DNA of 63,324 bases, counting the filler. It is 4 parts of 4 records of this genome, joined end to end, with 100 filler letters (N's around TTAATTAATTAA, not from the genome) between each part and the next. Parts side by side here need not be neighbours in the genome. Positions count along the whole stretch, not along the records: positions 54,935 to 63,324 come from DRR723986_7573; 3 more parts are not named here. One strand, 5' to 3'. This document shows positions 56,846 through 63,324 of this stretch, piece by piece. Position 1 is the stretch's first letter; every line of letters begins with the position of its first letter. Both the position numbers and the translations under genes were made by a program. The notes beneath the pieces are model-generated. The model worked only from the letters and a program-made list of their open reading frames with translations, searched no databases and was not told the origin of the DNA.

Positions 56846-57976
56846 GTGATGGCCGCTTTGCTCGATACCGTTGACCCGGAAGGTCTAGAAGAATTCTCAG
56901 TGGTGTTCACCGACCGCTCGTTGAACCACATGTCCGCTGCCTTTCAGCAAGTGATGCGCGATATCTCTGGCATGTTGCGCGAGGTGTATAACGCCCACGC
57001 CGTGGCTGTTATTCCGGGCGGTGGCACCTACGGGATGGAGGCGGTTGCTCGTCAGTTCTCCCGTGGTGCAGACGTATTGGTGGTACGCAACGGATGGTTT
57101 TCCTATCGTTGGAGCCAAATCTTTGAAGCTGGCGGATTGGCGGCGTCATCAACCGTCATGAAGGCACGTCAGTCTGGCAATGTCGATGCATCCCCTTTTG
57201 CACCGGCCCCCATTGACGAAGTTGTTGCGGCAATCCGTGAAACCAAACCTGATGTGGTCTTTGCCCCTCATGTGGAAACGGCTGCCGGGGTGATCTTGCC
57301 GGATGACTATGTGACGGCCATGGCCGCCGCCGCGCACGAGGTTGGCGCGCTGATGGTTTTGGATTGCATCGCCTCGGGCTGTGCGTGGGTTGATATGCAG
57401 GCGACGGGCGTGGATGTGTTGATTTCAGCCCCCCAAAAAGGTTGGAGCGCGTCACCCTGTGCCGGTCTGGTGATGATGTCCGAACGGGCCGAGGCACGTT
57501 TGGAAGAAACCACATCCGATAGTTTCGCCATCGACCTGAAAAAATGGCGTCAGATCATGCAGGCGTTCGAAGGCAGCGGGCATGCCTATCATGCCACCAT
57601 GCCGACTGATGCGTTGCGCGATTTCCGCGACACTATGCTGGAAACCAAAGAGTATGGCTTTGACAGGCTGCGCGAGGCGCAGTGGGCTTTGGGCAATGGT
57701 GTGCGGGCTATGCTGGCAGACAAAGGCATCACCTCGGTTGCAGCGGATGGCTTTGGCGCACCGGGTGTTGTGGTCAGCTATACCTCGGACCCTGAGGTTC
57801 AAAACGGCAAGAAATTCGCGGCTTTGGGCATGCAAATCGCGGCGGGTGTGCCGTTGCAATGTGATGAACCTGCGGGGTTCAGCACCTTCCGGCTGGGTTT
57901 GTTTGGTCTGGACAAACTCTATGATGTGGATGGCACAATCGCACGTTTGCGCCGCGTCTTGGATCAGGTTCTCTGA
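56846..57976 (+). CDS. Class V PLP-dependent aminotransferase (serine/alanine-glyoxylate-like)
   Basis: PGGGTYGMEAVA, HVETAAG, LDCIASG, SAPQKGW, FRLGLFG. Confidence 0.9.
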   Translation: MMAALLDTVDPEGLEEFSVVFTDRSLNHMSAAFQQVMRDISGMLREVYNAHAVAVIPGGGTYGMEAVARQFSRGADVLVVRNGWFSYRWSQIFEAGGLAASSTVMKARQSGNVDASPFAPAPIDEVVAAIRETKPDVVFAPHVETAAGVILPDDYVTAMAAAAHEVGALMVLDCIASGCAWVDMQATGVDVLISAPQKGWSASPCAGLVMMSERAEARLEETTSDSFAIDLKKWRQIMQAFEGSGHAYHATMPTDALRDFRDTMLETKEYGFDRLREAQWALGNGVRAMLADKGITSVAADGFGAPGVVVSYTSDPEVQNGKKFAALGMQIAAGVPLQCDEPAGFSTFRLGLFGLDKLYDVDGTIARLRRVLDQVL

Positions 57977-57990
57977 TCATGCCTTTGGCC

Positions 57991-58014
57991 GGGGCGGGCA
58001 TTGTTGTCCGCCCC
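57991..58014. terminator. Hairpin between convergent genes
   Basis: GGGGCGGGCA-TTGT-TGTCCGCCCC. Confidence 0.55.
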
Positions 58015-58030
58015 AAGGCTGTGCGCCTGT

Positions 58031-59227
58031 TCAGCGGACGCCCAATCCCATTTGCATCAATGTTTTACGAACAGGGGCCATGGAATAAAGCGCGTTCAAC
58101 CCCGCAGCGCGCATATCGCGCAGGGGGCGGGCTTCGACCATCGAGGCCCGGTTAAGCAGATCGATCCCTTTAACGCGCAGTTCGATGTCGCGGATGCGGG
58201 CGGTGTGATAAGCATCCAACATGTCCTGATCCCCCAGACCGTCGGGGCGGGCAGTGGCCAGATCCAGCAAACAGCGTAAATCACCAAGCGACATGTTTAG
58301 TCCCTGTGCGCCGATGGGCGGGACCACATGGGCGGCCTCGGCCATCAAGGCAATACGTTCCCCTGACAAACGATCCGCAGACTGGCTGATGATCGGCCAG
58401 ATAGTGCGGCGCGATGCAAGTTTCAGTGGGCCGAACAACCCACACGACCGCTCGGTCATCGCAGCCTCAAACTCAGCCGGATCAAGTTGGGACAGTTCAA
58501 CCGCTTTGGGGCCGCGCTCCATCCAGACAATGGCGGAGGACGGCGATCCCTGCCAATCGGGCAGGGGCACAAGCGTAAAGGGACCACCGGATCGGTGGAT
58601 TTCGGTCGATACGTTCTGATGGGCGATAGGATGGGTGACCGCAAAAGCCAACGCTTTTTGGCCATATCGGGTGGTGTGCACATTGATCCCGGTCGCATCG
58701 CGCATCGGAGAGTTCCGCCCGTCTGCAGCAAGCACCAGTTTGCACCGAACGCGGGTGCCATCGCTGAGGCCGACACGTGCTTCGGCCTGACGGGTAAAGA
58801 GTGTGCTGGTGCCGGTTCCAGGGCGGAAATCGACCTTGGGCAGGTCATCCAACCGTGCCACCATTTCGCGACGCAGTAACCAGTTTGGCAGGTTCCACCC
58901 GAAAGGCTGGTCTGACAGGTCGGCCGCATTGAAATCACGCACGATCCGCGGTTCGGGCAATTCGCCCCCCGCGTCCACAATGCGCATGATTTGCAATGGC
59001 GCGGCATGATCGCTGAGACGCGCCCACAAGCCGCACTGTTCCAACAGCCGTTGCGCGGGTTGAAGAAAGGCCGTGGTCCGCATGTCCGACCCTTCGACGT
59101 CCCGCTCGGTCACGGGCGGCGTCGGATCAACGCAAATCACGTCAAACCCAGCTGCCCCAAACGCAGCTGCTGCGGTCAATCCGGCGATACCTCCGCCAGA
59201 GATCAGGATGTCGCAAGACTCAGTCAT
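58031..59227 (-). CDS. UbiH/UbiF/UbiL-family FAD-dependent hydroxylase (ubiquinone synthesis)
   Basis: GGGIAGL, D.RTTA, AADGRNS, EAAHVVPPIGAQGLN. Confidence 0.92.
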   Translation of the reverse strand: MTESCDILISGGGIAGLTAAAAFGAAGFDVICVDPTPPVTERDVEGSDMRTTAFLQPAQRLLEQCGLWARLSDHAAPLQIMRIVDAGGELPEPRIVRDFNAADLSDQPFGWNLPNWLLRREMVARLDDLPKVDFRPGTGTSTLFTRQAEARVGLSDGTRVRCKLVLAADGRNSPMRDATGINVHTTRYGQKALAFAVTHPIAHQNVSTEIHRSGGPFTLVPLPDWQGSPSSAIVWMERGPKAVELSQLDPAEFEAAMTERSCGLFGPLKLASRRTIWPIISQSADRLSGERIALMAEAAHVVPPIGAQGLNMSLGDLRCLLDLATARPDGLGDQDMLDAYHTARIRDIELRVKGIDLLNRASMVEARPLRDMRAAGLNALYSMAPVRKTLMQMGLGVR

Positions 59228-59300
59228 GAGCTTTCCCTTCTTTCAGGGCTGTAATCTAGGCCGATCCTGACCCCAAGGCCAAGCGGCATCCTGTCCTGAT

Positions 59301-59552
59301 TTATTTTCCGCGTGAGATCAGAATAAGGACCAAGAACATGACCGGGACGAACAGGACCGCAGGCATGTAAAATCCGGGCAATCCGAAAAGCAATGTGGAA
59401 CACCCCCACATGCAAACAACGGCTGCAATTGCAAAGAACCAAGTATCTGCGCCCCCTTCGGCCATTTCTTTGGCCATCCAGCCAAACAAAGGAATAGCAA
59501 AGATCAGACGGTTCAGCAGCGGAGGGCGGGAGGGGAAATCTATGGCAGCCAT
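59301..59552 (-). CDS. Small membrane protein of unknown function (83 aa)
   Basis: MAAIDF...IPLFGWMAKE...WG...L.FGLPG...PA...VPVMF..LILISRG; three hydrophobic segments; GAGG RBS. Confidence 0.7.
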   Translation of the reverse strand: MAAIDFPSRPPLLNRLIFAIPLFGWMAKEMAEGGADTWFFAIAAVVCMWGCSTLLFGLPGFYMPAVLFVPVMFLVLILISRGK

Positions 59553-59637
59553 TGGAGCCTCTTGGTTGAGAAGTATATGGCTGCAGGTAGGTACAAAAAG
59601 GTGCATTGATGAGGTGTATTTTCGTCGCAGGTCGCGA

Positions 59638-60282
59638 TCAGGACAACTGCGCCAGAAACCGGGTCAAATCATCGGTGTGGTGTTCGATATGCTCCGCCTC
59701 GTGTGGATCTGGGGCGACATGCACAGTTCTCATTCCCATTTCGTGCGGCGCGGCCAAATTGCGGGGGTCATCTTCGAACATGGCTGCCGTTGCCGGGGCG
59801 ACGCCTGCCTTGGCGAAAACCATCTCAAAGGCCTGTTTTTCGGGCTTGGGATGATAGTCGGCATGCTCAACACCATAGACCGCATCAAACAGGCCACTTA
59901 ACCCGCGCGCTGACAACACGCGTTCGGCATAGGGCGCAGAGCCATTGGTATAAACAATACGCTGGCCGGGCAGGGTGCGAATGTGCGCGGCCAGTGCCGC
60001 GTCGGGTTCCATGTGGCTCATGTCAACCGCATGTACAGCATCAAGGTAAGGAACCGGGTCCAGATCGTGTTCACGCATCAACCCGGCCAGAGTTGTTCCG
60101 TATTCTCGCCAGTAGTGCGATCTCAGGTGATCGGCCTCAGCCTGTGTCACGCCTAGAGTTGACATCACATAGTCCGTCATCTTCACTTCGATCTGATCGA
60201 ACAGGCGCATATGCGGCGGATACAGGGTATTGTCCAAATCGAATACCCAGTGTGAAACATGTGAGAAAGCATCTTTGACCAT
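59638..60282 (-). CDS. Pyrimidine 5'-nucleotidase (HAD)
   Basis: WVFDLDNTLY, YGTTLAGLM, TNG, PKP, FEDDPRNL. Confidence 0.92.
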   Translation of the reverse strand: MVKDAFSHVSHWVFDLDNTLYPPHMRLFDQIEVKMTDYVMSTLGVTQAEADHLRSHYWREYGTTLAGLMREHDLDPVPYLDAVHAVDMSHMEPDAALAAHIRTLPGQRIVYTNGSAPYAERVLSARGLSGLFDAVYGVEHADYHPKPEKQAFEMVFAKAGVAPATAAMFEDDPRNLAAPHEMGMRTVHVAPDPHEAEHIEHHTDDLTRFLAQLS

Positions 60283-60381
60283 CCCCGTGATCTAGGCCAA
60301 AGCTGGGTCTGGATCAATGGCAAGGCTTGATTGCAGTCATCGCACAGGGATAGACAGGTCCGAACAGGGAGCGCAGATCAC

Positions 60382-61032
60382 ATGAGCCAGAGCCGTCATC
60401 CGCAAAAAGATGCTTATCACCTGATCCTCGATGCGATTGACGTGGGGGTCTACAAACCGGGGGATCGGCTTGTCGAAAGCGACCTGGCCGAACGCTTTGG
60501 CGTTTCGCGCACCCCGATCCGAGAGGCGTTGCAACGTCTTGAAACCCAGTCGTTGTTAGAACGGGACGGGCGATCTCTTATTGTCGCATCGCTCACGCAC
60601 AATCAGATGTCCGAGCTGTATGCGGTGCGGCGGGCTCTCGAAGGGTTGGCAGCACGCCTTGCTGCGCGCCATGCCACCGAAGAAGAGATCAAAGTCTTGT
60701 ACGAGATGGTCGAAAGGGATGACGCCTTAATCGATGATCCCAAAGCGCTAAGTCGTGCGAACCGGCGATTTCATGAACAGATCCACCTGGCGTCGCACAA
60801 TCGGTATCTGGTGCAGCAATTGGATCTTGTGCATCGGACAATGGCATTGATGGCAACCACGTCTTTGGCGGCCGAGGGACGTGGCGAAATTGCGCAGAGC
60901 GAACATCAGGGCATCGTTCAGGCGATCGAAGCACGGGATGAAGCAGGCGCAGAGGCGGCTTTGCAAGAACACATCTCAATTGCCTTCATGACGCGGCTGA
61001 AACTGGATGCGGGCGAACGCGAACGGAAATAG
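60382..61032 (+). CDS. GntR (FCD) family regulator
   Basis: PGDRLVESDLAERFGVSRTPIREALQRL, NRRFH, EH. Confidence 0.93.
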   Translation: MSQSRHPQKDAYHLILDAIDVGVYKPGDRLVESDLAERFGVSRTPIREALQRLETQSLLERDGRSLIVASLTHNQMSELYAVRRALEGLAARLAARHATEEEIKVLYEMVERDDALIDDPKALSRANRRFHEQIHLASHNRYLVQQLDLVHRTMALMATTSLAAEGRGEIAQSEHQGIVQAIEARDEAGAEAALQEHISIAFMTRLKLDAGERERK

Positions 61033-61044
61033 CGACGCTTGCAT

Positions 61045-62937
61045 TTAAATCGGGTCGGTGACCTCTTCGACGGCTTGGCCATGTTGGGTTTTATCCCAAA
61101 AGAACGGGTCACTCACCAATTCGTACAGAGCCTTATAAGCCGCGAGCACTCCCAATGGGAAATAGAACACCATCGAGGGGACCCACCCCACAAGAAAGTG
61201 GCGCTTAGACGACGTAACCGCGGCGATCCCGACGGCAAGTGCCAACAATTCGGTTGCGATGAAAACGCCCACCGCAAATGTCATAAACGATGTGGGCAGG
61301 GCGGCTTCGACGGGATGAGGCAGGCCAAACAGGATCAACCAGAACGACCAAAGGACAGGGGCCAACAGAAACTGACCAAGTGTACCAAGAAAAAAAGCCT
61401 GTAGCCCGAAAAAACGACGCGCCCCCAGATCAGCCCAGAGCTTGGCCGGGGACCGCATGTGCACCAGATAGGTAACCATGAAGCCCTTTAGCCAGCGCGA
61501 GCGTTGCTTGACCCACGGCCAAGTTCGGAAATTGGCCTCTTCAAATGTGACAGTGTTGATCAGCTCTGTCCGATAGCCGGCCCGACACAACCGAACCCCC
61601 AGATCCGCATCTTCGGTCACGTTGTGTGCATCCCATCCGCCAAGTTCCTCAAGGACTTTGCGTTTGAAAAACAAGGTTGTACCACCTAAGGGGACAACCA
61701 GTTTCATCCGGGCAATGCCGGGCAGAATAACGCGGAACCAGCTGGAATATTCGATTGTAAAGCATCGGGCGCGCCAGCTGCTGCGCGGGTTGTAATAGTC
61801 TAGAATGCCCTGCAAGCAGACAACATCATCGGGGGCGTTGTGAAACCGTTCTACGACATGCTGGATTTGATCCGGCATGGGCGCATCTTCGGCATCCCAG
61901 ACGCCGATAATGTCACCTTTGCAGAAATCCAACGCATAGTTCATAGCCCGGGGCTTGGTGGTCAAACCTGTATGCTCAGGGACACGGATAACGCGGATCC
62001 AGCTGGGCAGATCCGTGCGCGCCACTGTTTCACTGGTGATGTGGTCCTTTTCCTCGAGCACCAGCACAACATCCAGCAAGGCCTTGGGATAGGTGAGGCG
62101 GTTCAATCGTGTGATCAACGCCGAAGCGATTTCGCGTTCTTTGTAAAGTGGAACCATGACCGACACTTTTGGTAACCGAAACCCAACGCCTTTGGGCGGG
62201 GGGGCTGTGTCTGGCGGGGGGGATGTTCGCAATTTGGTCTGGAGGTAAACAGCAAACGAAATGAGTTTTAGGGTCGAAAACAAGAGCAGAGTAAAAACGG
62301 CCACAAGGAAGAGCGTCGTCAGAACAAAGGTCGGCATGAAGAAGGTTGCTGCAACAAGACACACCCCCGCGATTATCGCAGGGAGACGCGTCTCTGATTT
62401 CCAAGTTCTGCAACTGTATTTTTGGTCGACCCGCTCTTCGGCGGCGGCGGCCAGTGACTTTTTGTACTGAGCAGCAAGGGCCGCAACGATCTGCTCTTCG
62501 TCCGCCAATACAGGTAGGGCAATGACGCCAGCAGCTTGCAGAGCGTCTTTGGAAATATGAAAATGGTCAGGTCTGGACGTTGCGATCAAAAGGATCGGCC
62601 CCAAGCGCATCCAAGGGATGATGCGATGCTCGAGCCAAAATTCAGCTGGCATCACCTCACACAGTTCTTTTACGGGGGGCGTTTCCTCAAGATCAGCCAA
62701 TTGCACGCCAAACTGTAACGACAACATCTCAAGGATGTCATGTTTGCTGGCCCAACCCTCGGCTACGATGATTTCCCCAATCGGTGCCTTAAGCCGCAGC
62801 TGTAGATGGAGCGCCTTGACGAGTTGCTGCTGGGTAATAATGCCATTGCCAACAAGATGCCGCCCCAACCGTTGGTGGGTTTGGTCAAGCGCCAGCGCAG
62901 GTGTGGAGGAGACAAGCCTGAGATGCTGTTCGCTCAT
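61045..62937 (-). CDS. GT2 glycosyltransferase with an N-terminal MshEN domain
   Basis: RLGRHLVGNGII....L..AL..Q / IGEIIV..G; VPLYKE, TKPRAMNYAL, DAED, TEDADLG, QRSRW; C-terminal TMs; W.KT.HG. Confidence 0.9.
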   Translation of the reverse strand: MSEQHLRLVSSTPALALDQTHQRLGRHLVGNGIITQQQLVKALHLQLRLKAPIGEIIVAEGWASKHDILEMLSLQFGVQLADLEETPPVKELCEVMPAEFWLEHRIIPWMRLGPILLIATSRPDHFHISKDALQAAGVIALPVLADEEQIVAALAAQYKKSLAAAAEERVDQKYSCRTWKSETRLPAIIAGVCLVAATFFMPTFVLTTLFLVAVFTLLLFSTLKLISFAVYLQTKLRTSPPPDTAPPPKGVGFRLPKVSVMVPLYKEREIASALITRLNRLTYPKALLDVVLVLEEKDHITSETVARTDLPSWIRVIRVPEHTGLTTKPRAMNYALDFCKGDIIGVWDAEDAPMPDQIQHVVERFHNAPDDVVCLQGILDYYNPRSSWRARCFTIEYSSWFRVILPGIARMKLVVPLGGTTLFFKRKVLEELGGWDAHNVTEDADLGVRLCRAGYRTELINTVTFEEANFRTWPWVKQRSRWLKGFMVTYLVHMRSPAKLWADLGARRFFGLQAFFLGTLGQFLLAPVLWSFWLILFGLPHPVEAALPTSFMTFAVGVFIATELLALAVGIAAVTSSKRHFLVGWVPSMVFYFPLGVLAAYKALYELVSDPFFWDKTQHGQAVEEVTDPI

Positions 62938-62938
62938 T

Positions 62939-62974
62939 AAAAAACCCTAACGGAAGAAAGTTTCCGTTAGGGTT
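62939..62974 (-). terminator. Rho-independent terminator downstream of carA
   Basis: Perfect 13-bp stem AACCCTAACGGAA / TTCCGTTAGGGTT with a U6 tail on the minus strand, ending 1 nt before the GT2 ATG. Confidence 0.75.
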
Positions 62975-62985
62975 GCGCGAGTTAT

Positions 62986-63002
62986 GTTAACACAGGGTTA
63001 AC
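62986..63002. promoter_or_regulatory. CtrA binding site
   Basis: GTTAA-CACAGGG-TTAAC matches TTAA-N7-TTAAC on both strands. Confidence 0.8.
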
Positions 63003-63021
63003 GTGCGTTAAGAACTGTGGC

Positions 63022-63324
63022 TCAGGCCGTTGTCTTTTGCTTATCCATGGCTTCGGAAAACCGCTCGAACAGGTAAAAACTGTCCTGCGGGCCGGGGCTT
63101 GCCTCGGGGTGGTGCTGCACAGAATAGACAGGGCGGTCGGCCATGCGAATGCCGCAGTTCGACCCATCAAACAAAGACCGATGTGTTTCAACAACCCCGT
63201 CCGGCAGAGATTGTGCATCAACAGCAAACCCGTGGTTCATCGACGTGATCTCAACCTTGCCGGTGTCCATGTCTTTGACTGGATGGTTGGCGCCGTGGTG
63301 GCCGTGGTTCATCTTGACGGTCTT
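63022..63324 (-). CDS. carA: Carbamoyl-phosphate synthase small subunit, C-terminal part
   Basis: [38 protein letters not shown]. Confidence 0.96.
   Translation of the reverse strand, partial: KTVKMNHGHHGANHPVKDMDTGKVEITSMNHGFAVDAQSLPDGVVETHRSLFDGSNCGIRMADRPVYSVQHHPEASPGPQDSFYLFERFSEAMDKQKTTA

Overview
This window is not one locus. It is four contigs (1-21959, 22060-34200, 34301-54834, 54935-63324) joined by artificial 100-bp spacers (44 N + TTAATTAATTAA + 44 N). All four look like Rhodobacteraceae/Roseobacter-type Alphaproteobacteria, inferred from gene content and a CtrA box. Contig 1 has a TctC/IclR/class III aminotransferase module, a 1098-aa RTX-type protein built from four copies of an unrecognised ~240-aa His/Asp-rich domain, an orphan acetate kinase, and a ~14-kb MarR-associated catabolic cluster. 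That cluster holds two P450s lacking the I-helix acid, an epoxide hydrolase, two amidohydrolases, three SDRs, a Liv-type ABC transporter and a ferredoxin. Contig 2 is mostly core: dapD, aroQ, a hybrid kinase with a LuxR-type regulator, fghA and purine catabolism genes. Contig 3 has glnT/gmaS-like and GlxA genes, then the best candidate for an undescribed system. This is a four-gene overlapping operon (36860-44663) encoding a 791-aa beta-rich protein, a DMATS/ABBA prenyltransferase-like protein, a stand-alone DxDD class II terpene-cyclase-like protein, and a 1197-aa lectin-propeller/Ig/helical membrane-inserting (toxin-like) protein. After it come LysR-urtABCDE and a GntR/AKR-RidA/TIGR04076-like/AKR module. 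Contig 4 is core (ilvC, two Lrp, ubiH-like, carA) plus a MshEN-GT2 glycosyltransferase with a CtrA box next to a terminator. No rRNA, tRNA, CRISPR array, transposase or integrase was recognised. All calls come from motif reading only; no database search was run.
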